A program made the translations under genes and the position numbers. The notes under the pieces are model-generated. The model ran no database searches and had not been told where the DNA came from. It worked only from the letters and a program-made list of their open reading frames with translations. DNA of 64,000 nt from Chiloscyllium plagiosum (Eukaryota): NCBI RefSeq assembly GCF_004010195.1, contig NC_057718.1, forward strand, positions 88,206,876 to 88,270,875, written 5' to 3'. Numbering within the stretch: position 1 is the stretch's first letter; every line of letters starts with the position of its first letter. Of the stretch, positions 26,128 through 38,199 are shown piece by piece.

Positions 26128-26264
26128 AATTACACCAACTCCTCTAGGAGAGGGGAAGAGTACAGTGACAATGGGATTGGTTCAAGCTTTAGCAGCCCAT
26201 CTGGGTATTAATGCCTTTGCTTGTGTGCGGCAACCATCTCAGGGACCAACATTTGGTGTTAAAG
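26128..26264 (+). CDS. MTHFD1L: MTHFD1L exon [45 protein letters not shown] (P-loop-like motif)
   Basis: cag/gtaacc sites, 137 nt; FTHFS signatures PTPxGEGKST and [10 protein letters not shown]. Confidence 0.97.
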
Positions 26265-26869
26265 GTAACCAGCTTATAATAAATTTTGCTAATAAGAATG
26301 GAGTACATTAATCTGATTTTATAGAGTAAATAATGTGGAGTAGTTCATTTACCAGATAGGCATGAATGATTCAATCTGAGTAATACAACCCAAGTAGCAG
26401 TTTCTTTGGATCTTCTGCTTACATTTTAGTGTGTCTGGAGAACCTTGCTTTTGAAGATATTACTGTAGTTCTACGGTTCAAAAGTAAGTTTGCTGTTTAC
26501 CTTGCAAAGAAATAAAATTGATGCTAGTTATCTCAGCAATGTCTACATTGATTGAGCTTTAGATGGATATTTTGTAATGTATTCTTGTCGAAAGTTGTGG
26601 TTTCAAGGTTTGTTCCGTAGATTTGACTGAAGCTCCCAGCACAGACAGAAGGAATGCTGAACTGTCATGACTAGCATCTTGTTGGGATGCAAACCCAACA
26701 CCATAACTACTCCCTCAGATGGACCTAAAAGAGCCCATGCATTATTTGAAGATGATCATTGGTATTTTCTCTGGTGGTCTGAGTAATATTTATGCCTCGC
26801 CAAAAGAGATTATTTAATTTATTTGTTGTATGAGGGAACCTACTCTTCAGAAATTAGCTGCCATGTTTT

Positions 26870-29800
26870 CATTTTTTAATTCACCCATGGGACATGCGTG
26901 TTGCCAGCTGGCCAGCATTTATTGTTCACCACTAGTTGCTCTTGAGAAGGTGGTGATGAGCTGTCTTTTTGAATTGCTGCAGTTCATGTGTTGTAGGTAC
27001 ACCCATAATACTGCTAGGGAAGGAATTCCAGGATTTTGACCCAGGAACAGTGAAGGAACGCTGATACATTTCCAAGTCAGGACAGTGAATGGCTTGGAGG
27101 GGCACTTGTAGGTGCTGGTTTTGCCATTTATCTTCTGCCCTTCTGGATGGAAGTTTGTCGATTTATCTGAGGATTTTTGGCAAATTGCTTCAGTGCACCG
27201 TGTTGATGATATACACTGCTGCTGTGGAGTGCCAGTGGTTGAGGGAGTGAATGTGGTGCTAATCAAGTGGGCTGTTTTGTGCTGAATGATCTTAGGCTTC
27301 TTGAGTTTTTTAGAGCTGCACTCATCCAAGCAAGTGGGGAATATTCCATCACAAGGGAAGGCAATGGCTTAGTGCTGTTATTACTAGACTGTTAATTCAA
27401 AGACCCAGGTAATATTCTGGGAACTTGGGTTCAAATCATGTCGCAGCAGATGGTGTAATTTGAATTCAATAAACTCTGGAAGTAAGAGTCTCATGATGGC
27501 CATGAATCCATTGTCGATTGTTGGAAAAACCCCATCTAGTTTGCTAATATTCTTTAGGAAAGGAAACTGCCATCCTTACCTGCTCTGGCCTACATGTGAC
27601 TCTGGACCCACAGCAATGTGGTTGACTCTTAATTACCCTGTGAGCAATTAGGGATGGGCAATAAATACTGGCTTGGCCAGCAATGCCATCATCCTGGGAA
27701 TGAATAAAAGGAATACACTGACTTGTGCTTTGTAGTTGGTGGGTATACTCTGGAGAGTCAGGAAGTGAGTTACTTGATGTTGGATTCCGAACCTCTGACC
27801 GACTCCTGAAGCTACTGTTTATTTGGCCAGTCTAGTTCAGTTGCTGGTCAATGGTAACCCTCAGGATATTGATAGGCGATTCAGTGATGGCAACATATTG
27901 AATTACAGTGAGCTGTGGTTGTTTTTTTTTTGTTCTTTTGTTTTGTGGGATATGAATGTTGCCAGCATTTATTGCTTGTCCCAAGTTGCCTTTGAGAGGG
28001 TGGTGATGATCTGCCTTCTTAAACTGCTACAGTCCACCTGCTGTGAGTTGACCCACAATGCTTTTAGGGAGGGAATTCCAGGTTATTGACCCAGCGACAG
28101 TGAAGGAATGGTGATATATTTTCAAGTCAGGATGGTGAGTGCTTGGAGGGAACTTGTACGTGAAGGTGTTCCCATGTATCTGCTGCCCTTGACCTCCGAG
28201 ATGGAAGTGGTTGTGGGTTTGGAAGGTGTCTGAGGATCTCTGAATTACTGCAGTGCATCTTGTAGATAGTACACACTGCTACTATTGAGCGTCAGTGGTG
28301 GAGGGTGTGAATGAAGTGCCAATCAAGCGTGCTGTTTTGTCCTGGATGGTGTCCAGCTGCTTGTGTTGTTGGGGCTGAACTCATCTAGGCAAGTGGTGAA
28401 TATTCCATCACACTCCTGACTTTTGCCTCATAGATAATGGAATATTTGAGTAAGAAGGTGTTACTTGCTGCAGTATTCCTGCGCTTATAGCCAGGACTCT
28501 ATTTCTGGTGAGTCCATTTGAATTTCTAGATCAGTGGTGCTGGAAAAGCACAGCAATTCAGGCAGCATCCGAGGACAGGCAAAATCGACGTTTCGGGCAA
28601 AAGCCTTTCACCAGAACCACTGATCCAGAATCTGGTTTCCAGCATCTGCAGTCATTGTTTTTACCCATTTGAATTTCTAGTCAATAGCAACCTCCCCAGG
28701 ATGTTGATAATGGAGGATTCAGTAATGGTAACACCACTGAATGTCAAGGAACAGTAGTTAGATGTTATTGGTGATGGTCACAGCCTGGCATTTGTGTGGC
28801 ATGAATGTTACTTTCCATTTGTCAGCCCAAGCCTTGGATTATCTTGTTGCGATTGAACTTGGACTACTCCAGCTTCTGCGCATTTGCATATGGTGCTGAA
28901 CATTGTGCAATCATCAGCGAATGTACCCACTTGTGACTTTATAATGGAAGGAAGGTGATTGGAGCAACTGAAGATGGTTGGTCCTAGGACACTACCCCTG
29001 CAAAGATTTTGTGGAGCTCATGATTGACTTCCAACAACCATGAACATCTTCCTGTCTGCCAGGTATGACTCTTAACCAGTGGATAGTTGCACCCAAACCC
29101 ATTGATTTCAGTTTTGCTTGGGCTCCTTGATACCACACTACGTCAAACGCAGCTTTGATGTCAAGGGCTATCACACTCACCTCACCTCTGGGATTCAAGT
29201 TTTTTGTTTTGTCCATTTTGAACCAAGGCTTCAATGAGGTCAGAGCTGAGTGACACTGGCTGAACCCAAACTGGGTATTGCTGAGCAAGTACTGCTTGAT
29301 AGCACTGTTGAAGACACTTTCCATCACTTTACAGATGATCGACGCTAGAGTGATGGGGCAATAATTGGATGTGTCCTTTTTTTTTTAAATGTACAGGACA
29401 TACTTAGGCAATTTTCCACATTGTCTGGTAGATGCCATTGTAACTGTAATGGAAGAACTTGGCTTGGGGAGCTACAAAATTTGGAGCACAATCTTCAGTG
29501 TTGTTTGCTGGAATGTTGTCAGCGCCTATAGACTTTGCATTATCCAGTGCCACCAACTGTTTCTTGATATTATGTGGAGTGAATTGAATTGGCTGAGGAC
29601 AGTTATCTGTAATGCTGTGGACCACTGGTGGTGGCCAAGATGGATCTTCCACTCAACACTTCTGGCTAAAGATTGCTGCAAATGCCTCAGCCTTATTTTT
29701 TGCACTGATGTGCTAGGCTTGTCCATCATGGAGGATGGGAATATTTGTGGAACCACCTCCTCTAGTGTGTTGTTTAATTGTCCACCACCATTCACAGTTG

Positions 29801-30380
29801 GATGTGGCAAGACTGCGGAACTTAGGTATGATCTGTTGGCTGTGGGATTGCTTAGCTCTGTCTATTCCTTACTGCTTATATTGTTTGGCATGCAAGTAGT
29901 CCTGTTTTGTAGCTTCACCAGGTTGATATCTCATATTCAGGTCTGCCTGGTGTTGTTCCTAGCATGCCCTCCTGCACTCTCCATTGAACCAAGGTTGATG
30001 CTCTGGGTTGATGAAGGTGGTTGAGAGGGCAACATGCCGGGCCATGAGGTTACAGATTGTGCTAGAGTACAATTCTGCTGCTGTTGATGTCCCACAGATG
30101 CCCATTTTAATCAGCTTGATCTGTAGTACTGATGCCGAGCCACTCTTGGTAGTGGATATTGAAATTGCCCAACCAGAGTGCATTTTGTGCCCTTCTCATC
30201 CTCCATGCTTCCTCCAAGTGCTGTTCAACATGTAGGAGTATCAATTCATCAGCTGAGGGAGGGTGGTACATGATAAACAGGAGGTTTGTTTGCCCATGTT
30301 TAACCTGAAGCTATGTGACTTCATGGGACCTCGGGGTCCAAGTTGAAGACTCCCAGAGCAACTCCTTCCCAACTGCATAC
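26870..30380 (-). mobile_element. L2/CR1-clade LINE fragments (at least two 3' ends) with nested SINE and PLE inserts
   Basis: QFGFSQCHSA...VIALDIKAAFDVVWYQG; KSIGADNIPA; repeated 3' UTR gccagcatttattg... Confidence 0.7.
27355..27710 (+). mobile_element. tRNA-derived SINE sharing its 3' tail with the local L2-like LINE
   Basis: A-box-like tggcttagtg, B-box gggttcaaatc and tail ggatgggcaataaatactggc...tgaataaaa; an antisense copy lies at about 34720-35045. Confidence 0.65.
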
Positions 30381-30384
30381 TATT

Positions 30385-33300
30385 AGAGTCATAAAGATGT
30401 ATAGCATGGAAACAGATCCTTTGGTTCAACCTGGCCATGCTGACCAGATATCCCAACCCAATCTAGTCCCACCTGCCAGCACCTGGCCCATATCCCTCTA
30501 AACCCTTCCTATTCATATACCCATCCAAATGCCTCTTAAATGTTGCAATTGTACCAGACTCCACCACATTCTCTGTCAGCTCATTCCATACACGTACCAC
30601 CCTCTGCATTAAAAGGTTGCCCCTTAGGTCTCTTTTATATCTTTCCCCTCTCACCCTAAACCTATGCCCTCTAGTTATGGACTCCCCGACCCCAGGGAAA
30701 AGACCTTGTCTATTTATCCTATCCGTGCCCCTCATAATTTTGTAAACCTCTATAGGGTCACCCCACAGCCTCTGACGCTCCAGGGAAAGCAGCCCCAGCC
30801 TGTTCAACCTCTCCCTGTAGCACAGATCCTCCAACCCTGGCAACATCCTTGTAAATCTTTTCTGAACCTTTTCAAGTTTCACAACACCATTCCGATAGGA
30901 AGGAGACCAGAATTACACACAATATTCCAACAATGGCCTAACCAATGTCCTGTACAGCCACAACATGACCTTCCAACTCCTGTACTCAATACTCTGACAA
31001 ATAAAGGGAAGCATACCAAATGCCGCCTTCACTATCCTATCTACCTGTGACTCCACTTTCAAGGAGATATGAATCTGCACTCCAAGGTCTCTTTGTTCAG
31101 CAACACTCTCTAGGACCTTACCATTAAGTGTATAAGTCCTGCTAAGATTTACTTTCCCAAAATGCAGCACCTCTCATTTATCTGAATTAAACTCCATCTG
31201 CCACTTCTCAGCCCGTTGGCCCATCTGGTCCAGATCCTGTTGTAGTCTGAGGTAACCCTCTTCACTGTCCACTACACCTTACACCTCCAATTTTGGTGTC
31301 ATCTGCAAACTTACTAACTGTACCTCTTATGCTCACATCCAAATCATTTATGTAAATGACAAAAAGTAGAGGGCCCAGCACCGATCCTTGTGGCACTCCA
31401 CTGGTCACAGGCCTCCAGTCTGAAAAACAACCCTCCACCACCACCCTCTGTCTTCTACCCTTGAGCCAGTTCTGTATCCAAATGGCTAATTCTCCCTGTA
31501 TTCCTTGAGATCTAACCTTGCTAATCAGTCTCCCATAGGGAACCTTGTCGAACGCTTTACTGAAGTCCATATAGATCACACCTACTGTTCTGCCCTCACC
31601 AATCTTCTTCGTTACTTCAAAAAGCTCAATCAAGTTTGTGACATGATTTCCCACACACAAAGCCATGTTGACTATCCCGAATCAGTCCTTGCCTTTCCAA
31701 ATACATTCTGGATTAGTGGGGCTGGAAAAGCACAGCAGTTCAGGCAGCATCCGAGGAGCAGCAAAACCGACGTTTTGGGCAAAAGCCCTGTATTCCTCAT
31801 GAAGGGCTTTTGCCCGAAATGTTGATTTTACAGCTCCTCGGATGCTGCCTGAACTGCTGTGCTTTTCCAGCCCCACTAATCTAGAATCTGGTTTCCAGCG
31901 TCTGCAGTCATTGTTTTTACCTTTCCAAATACATGTACATCCTGTCCCTCAGGATTCCCTCCAACAACTTGCCCTCCACCGAGGTCAAGCTCATCGGTCT
32001 ATAGTTCCCTGGCTTGTCTTTACCGCCGCCCTTAAACAGTGGCACCAGGTTTGCCAACCTCCAGTCTTCCGGCACCTCACCTGTGACTATCGATGATACA
32101 AATATCTCAGTAAGAGGCCCAGCAATCTCTTCTCTAGCTTCCCACAGAGTTCTCGGGTACACCTGATCAGGTCCTGGGGAATTATCCACCTTTTAACCGT
32201 TTCAAGACATCCAGCAATTCCTCCTCTGTAATCTGGACATTTTGCAAGATGTCACCATCTATTAGTGCTACTGAGACTTTATAAAGTTCTGGTTAGGCCC
32301 CATTTGGAGTACTGTGTCCTGTTTTGGTCCCCACACCTCAGGAAGGACATACTGGCACTGGAGCGTGTCCAGCGGAGATTCACACGGATGATCCCTGGAA
32401 TGGTAGGTCGAACATATGAGGAACGGCTGAGGGTCCTGGGATTGTATTCATTGGAGTTTAGAAAATTAAGGGGAGATCTAATAGAAACTTATAAGATAAT
32501 ACATGACTTGGAGGGGGTGGACGCTAGGAAATTGTTTCCGTTAGGCGAGGAGACTAGGACCCGTGGACACAGCCTTAGAATTAGAGGGGGTAAATTCAGA
32601 ACAGAAATGCGGAGACATTTCTTCAGCCAGAGAGTGGTGGGCCTGTGGAATTCATTGCCACAGAGTGCAGTGGAGGCTGGGACGCTAAATGTCTTCAAGG
32701 CAGAAATTGATAAATTCTTGATGTCACAAGGAATTAAGGGCTACGGGGAGAATGCGGGTAAGTGGAGTTGAAATGCCCATCAGCCATGATTGAATGGCGG
32801 AGTGGACTCGATGGGCCGAATGGCCTTCCGCTCCTATGTATTATGGTCTTATGGTCTTATTTCCCTACAGTCTATATCTTCCATATCCTTTTCCACAGTA
32901 AATTCTGATGCAAAATATTCATTTAGTATCTCCCCCATTTTCTGTGGCTCCACACAAAAGCCGCCTTGCTGACCTTTGAGGGGCCCTATTCTCTCCTTTG
33001 TTACCCTTTTGTCCTTAACATATTTGCAAAAACCCTTTGGATTCTCCTTAATTCTATTTGCCAAAGCTATTTCATGTTCCCATTTTGCCTATCAATGTTT
33101 GGAAAGTTAAAATCCCCTACCATAACTACCCTATTATTTCTTACAGATAGCTGAGATCTCCTTACAAGTTTGTTTCTTAATTTCCTTCTGACTATTGGGG
33201 GAGGGCTCTATAATACAATCCCAATAAGGTGATTATCCCTTCCTTATTTCTCAGTTCCACCCAAATAACTTCCCTGGATGTATTTCCGGGAATATCCTCC

Positions 33301-34420
33301 CTCAGCACAGCTGTAATGCTATCCTTTATCAAAAATACCACTCCCCCTCCTCTGTCGCCTCCCTTTCTATCCTATCCTGGAACATTAAGCTGCCAGTCCT
33401 GCCCATCCCTGAGCCATGTTTCCGTAATTGCTGTTATCCTAGTCCCATATTCCTAACCATGCCCTGAGTTCATCTACCTTCCCTGTTAGGCCCCTTGCAT
33501 TGAAATAAATGCAGTTTAATTTATTAGTCCTACCATGTCCCTGCCTGCCCTGACTGTTTGTCCTACCCCCCACCTTACTAGTTTAAATCTTCCCAAGCAG
33601 TTCTAGCAAATTTCGCTGCCAGTTTATTAGTCCCCTTCCAATTTAGGTGCAATCCATCTTTGTTGTACAGGTCATGTCTACCCCAAAAGAGATTCCAATG
33701 GTCCAAAAATGTGAATCATTCTCCCATACACCAGCTCCTCAGCCATGCATTCATCTGCTCTCTCCTCCTCCTATTCATGCCCTGTCTCGCTCGTAGCACT
33801 GGGAGTAATCCAGATATTACTACCCTTGAGGACCTCCTTTTTAAATTTCTGCCTAACTCTGTAACCTCCCTTCAGAATCTCGACCTTTTCCCTTTCTATA
33901 TCATTGGTTCCAATGTGGGCAATGACCTCCTGCAGGCTTCTCTCCCCCGTGAGAACATTCTTCACCCTCTCTGAGACATCCTTGATCCTGGCACCAGGGA
34001 AATGACACACCTCTCTGCTGGCCACAGAAAGGTCTGTCTGTACCTCTGACTACAGAATCCTTTAACACAATTGATCTCTTGGAAGCCAGCATATCCTTCG
34101 TTGCATTAGAGCTAGTCTCAATACCATAAACTTGGCTGTTCATGCTATGTTCTCCTGAGAATCCATCACCCCCTACATTTTCCAAAACACCATACCTGTT
34201 TGAAATGGGTATATCCACAAAAGACTTGTGCTCCAGCTGCCTATCTCTCTCACCCTTCCTGGAGTTAACCCATCTATGTGACTGTATCTGAGACTTTTCC
34301 CCCTTCTTATAACTGCCATCCATCACATACTGTTGCTGTTGCAAATTCCTCATCGCTTCTATCTGTGTCTCCAACCGATCCACTCGATCTGATAAGATTC
34401 ACATCGAACAGCATTTATAG
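30385..34420 (-). mobile_element. Near full-length degenerate CR1 LINE (ORF1 esterase-like and ORF2 EN/RT)
   Basis: ORF1 FPGARIKDV...VIAHIGTNDI (SGNH-type); ORF2 [40 protein letters not shown]; 3' UTR. Confidence 0.9.
32264..32858 (+). mobile_element. Young 5'-truncated CR1 nested in the older CR1
   Basis: Uninterrupted 168-aa ORF2 C-terminus and a (ttatggtc)n tail; the host sequence ccatctatt|tccctacag resumes across the insert. Confidence 0.88.
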
Positions 34421-34935
34421 CCATCTCCGACATCTACTGACATATCCGCTGGTGGGGCGAGATATAATCAGGGATGGTGATGCTGGTGTCTGGGATGTTG
34501 TCTGTAAGATAAAATTCCATGAGTGTGACTATCAGGTTCTTGCTTGACTAGGCTGTGAGATGGTTCTCCTAATTTTGGCACTCTCCCTCAGATGTTAATA
34601 AGGAGTTTGCACGGTTGGCAGGGCTATTTTTGCTGTTGCCATTTCCAGTGCCTAGGTATGTTCCATCTAGTTTCATTTCTTTGAGACTTTGTAGCAATTG
34701 CTTGAGTATGAAGTAATATATAGGCCAGACCTACAGAGAATGACAGATTTCCTTCCCTAAGAGACATTAGAGAACCAGATGGGTTGCTCCGACAATCGGC
34801 AGTGCTGTTATGGTCATTGGTAGATTCTTAAGTCTAGTTTTTTTTCTATTATTGAATTCAGATTCCACGATCTGCCATGGTGATGTTCGGACGCAGGTCC
34901 CCAGAAATGAACTGAGTTTCTGGATTAATTCGCCT

Positions 34936-34971
34936 ATTCCTGATGAAGGGCTTTTGCCCGAAACGTCGATT
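34936..34971 (+). ncRNA. Minimal hammerhead ribozyme motif
   Basis: ATTC-CTGATGA-A-GGGC(TTTT)GCCC-GAAAC-GTC-GATT. Confidence 0.7.
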
Positions 34972-35394
34972 TCCCTGCGTGACCTGACCACTCTAATCCA
35001 GTTTCTGGATTAATAGTCCAGTCCCAGTGATAAAACCATGCAAGATCACTTCCCCTGTAAGATTGTCCCTTTTTGGAAATGGTCATTGCCTGGCAATTGT
35101 GCGGTGCGAATGTTCATTGCCACTTGTTCTAATATAATCATATATTGTAGATATATAGTCAAGTTGTGGGCAGACCACCTTCTTGAATCTCTATAGCAAT
35201 GCGATACAAACCACTAGGGCAGTTGAATCAGCAAAGCTGATCAGAGCTTAATTACATGGAGGCCAGATTGGGTAAGGATAGCAGTTTTGCTTTCCCAAGG
35301 GAATTTAGTGATGCCATTGGATTTTTGAGACTGCAACAGCTTTATGATAACTTACTGACACTATCTTGTCTTTCGAGATTTAAAAGTTAATACG

Positions 35395-36450
35395 AAAACA
35401 GAAATTGCTGGAGAAAAGATATTTTGATTCAAGTAACCCTTCTTCAGAACTGATAGTAGTTACGCAAAGGTGATCTTTATAAGAGTGGGGGTTATCGGGA
35501 CGGTGTAGGGGAGGAGAAGGAATAAACAAATAGGTGGATTTGGAGCTCCGAGAGAAGGTAAGTTAGGAAGGCAAAGGATGGTTGATAATGAGCTTGGGAA
35601 AGAAAAGTTGATAATGGATACCAAGAGTAGGTGAAAATAGGTTGGCTGTGCCAAAAGCAGTCCATGCCTCGACAAGACCTGAGTATAGGTAAAGAATGTG
35701 GAAGGTGGTGTTCAGGCTGTAAAATTATTGAATTTGATATTGAGTCCAGAAAGCTGAGGATCCCCAAGTGGAAGATGAGGTGCTGTTCTTCTGGCTTGCA
35801 AAGCCTTGCTGGAATGCGGCAGCAAGCCTGAGACAGAACTGTTGGCCAAGAAACAGTGGGCTGTTGAAGTGGTAAACAGCTGGAAGCTTGGGGCCATTTT
35901 TATGGACAGAGCCATTTGGGGCCATTTTTATGGACAGAAAATTAGACTGGATGACCAGTTCACAGAATATCTGATATTCTGTGAACTGGTCATCCAGTCT
36001 AATTTTCTTCTCCCCAGTGTAGACCAGATTGTGCCAGTGAACTCTGTAGTCTAGATTGAGTGGAGTGGAGTGCAGGTAAACCGTAGCTTTACCTGGAAGA
36101 TGTATGTGGAGCCTGGATAGTGAGGAAGTAAATGGGCAACTGTTGCATTTTCAACACAGCCAATCGAGTTTCACTAATCATGCTTCCCGTTGCTGTGTAC
36201 TTTCCTTCCCTTGCTCACGATCAATCATCCCCTTGTCTGTCTAACTTTCTCCATCTCCACCTATCTGCTTACTCCTTTTGTCCCCACATTCTGTTATCAA
36301 CATAAATATCACCTTTTCCAAATTACTATCCGTTCTGAAGAAGCATCACTGCATATGAAATGTTAACTCTTTCTATCAATAAATACTGCCAGACCTGCTG
36401 AGTTTCTCCAGGAGTTTGTTTTTGGTTTCAGATCTTCAGCATCCACAGTT
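35395..36450 (-). mobile_element. Degenerate PLE GIY-YIG/terminal fragments with inverted termini
   Basis: Antisense similarity to 59950-60640; terminal motif gacctgctgagtttctccag...cagcatc. Confidence 0.55.
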
Positions 36451-36801
36451 TTTTTTTGTTTTATATAAAAGTTGGTGTTCTCTGTAAATTATTAGTTCAG
36501 ATAACTGGATTATTAGTTAAAACTAATCAGTAGCATTACATTATTGTCACTATTAGCCAGAACACAGTCTAATCCAAAAGATGATTCTTCAGCATTTCTT
36601 CACTTTTGACCTGCGAGTGCCATTAAAGTCTTTGGAGTGTGGTTTGAATCAGTAACCTCTGATGTGCACTACCAAGTGAAGATTTACAATTCAACCAATT
36701 AATATAACCACTCCACTTGTATGTAATGTAATTAAACAGATGGGAAGCCAGTTTTGAAATTCAATATAAGTAAAGTGATGATTGTCTTTGTCTTTGAATA
36801 G

Positions 36802-36848
36802 GTGGAGCTGCAGGTGGTGGATATGCACAGGTCATCCCTATGGAAGAG
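36802..36848 (+). CDS. MTHFD1L: MTHFD1L exon GGAAGGGYAQVIPMEE
   Basis: tag/gtaaaa sites, 47 nt; FTHFS signature. Confidence 0.96.
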
Positions 36849-37359
36849 GTAAAAGAACAGAAATTCTAATCATTTCAGTTGTTCATCAGCTGGTGTCATC
36901 CCTTTCCCATAGAGCAAAGTTATGAAAAAAAGAGATTTGTATACAACATATAGAATTAGCAAAATGCAAGTTGACTATTTGACCCAGTTGAAGTTTGCTA
37001 CTCTTTAACTGCATCTTGTATTTCATCCTTCCCTAATAACAGATACTACTTTCCTCTGCTCCTTATCTAGCTTCCCCTTAAGCGTATTTGTTTTTTGTCT
37101 CAACTACCACACTATAGCAAGTTCTACATTTCCATCAATCTCTGAATTTCTGATTAATTTCTTTGGTGCTTCCATATACTTTTTCATGCTTATCTACCTA
37201 ACACTAGGTTTTGCAATTGATGGGAGTTGCTTAGGTACATATGATGCAATCAATGCAAAAATGAACCTGATAAAATGTGAGTCTTCAACTCATTTTCATT
37301 CATTATGTTAAAATGGACTTCCATAAAGTGGTTTAATCACATTGTTTCTCACATTACAG

Positions 37360-37467
37360 TTTAACCTCCATCTAACCGGGGACATTCATGCAATTACAGC
37401 TGCTAATAACTTGTTGGCAGCAGCTATTGATGCAAGAATTTTGCATGAAGGCAGTCAGTCAAACCAG
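37360..37467 (+). CDS. MTHFD1L: MTHFD1L exon [36 protein letters not shown]
   Basis: cag/gtgagc sites, 108 nt; conserved NLHxTGDxHAI motif. Confidence 0.97.
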
Positions 37468-37592
37468 GTGAGCTGGGAAATTGGCTTTTTTTTTTGATCA
37501 GCATAGTTTTTGACTCGATAATAAGGAGTTACAATGTTTAAATTTGCAATACTAAATTAAGACAATGAAGTGTTAATTTGTCATCTTTCCAG

Positions 37593-37667
37593 GCTTTGTA
37601 TAATCGTTTGGTTCCCACTATAAATGGAAAGAGAAACTTTTCTTCCATCCAGCTTGCTCGGTTAACA
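37593..37667 (+). CDS. MTHFD1L: MTHFD1L exon ALYNRLVPTINGKRNFSSIQLARLT
   Basis: cag/gtaagt sites, 75 nt; matches human ALYNRLVPLVNGVREFSEIQLARLK. Confidence 0.95.
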
Positions 37668-38199
37668 GTAAGTAAAGCATTTTTAATTTTCAGTCGTTAC
37701 CCCAAGTTTTTAATTTTAAGTTAATTCTGTTCTGCAAACTATCATTGAACAAACCGTTTATAAGAAGTGGTACCAGGGCTGGTTGTGTATAGGCTGCGTT
37801 TTTATTCTCTTTGAATTTAGAAGATTTAAGGGCAATCTATTTGAAGTGTTACAAGATGTTCAGAGAAATTATTCTCTCTGGTGAATGTGTCTAAGATAAG
37901 TGAGAATAAAATGAAAATTGATGTCAATGTCACAAAGCACTTTCTCATTTTAAATTTTTAATGACTGCGGCTATCTATGACTCTTTCCCCAAAAAGGCAG
38001 TTGATACTGGAAGTTAATTGAAAATGTCAAGCTCAAGACTTGATTGACTCATTGATTATGACTATTAGGATTGCAGGTCCATGTTGGATTAAGATTCTGA
38101 ATTGAATGGTGGAGCAGATTTGAGGGACTCTGTGACCATCTGCTGTTTCTATTATTTCACACCTTGGAATTGTTTGTACTCATCTATGAGATGAAGCTA

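Noticed and set aside
29389..30024. 211-aa hydrophobic + strand ORF
   Set aside because: It is antisense to an L2-like LINE ORF2 and has no recognisable family motifs.
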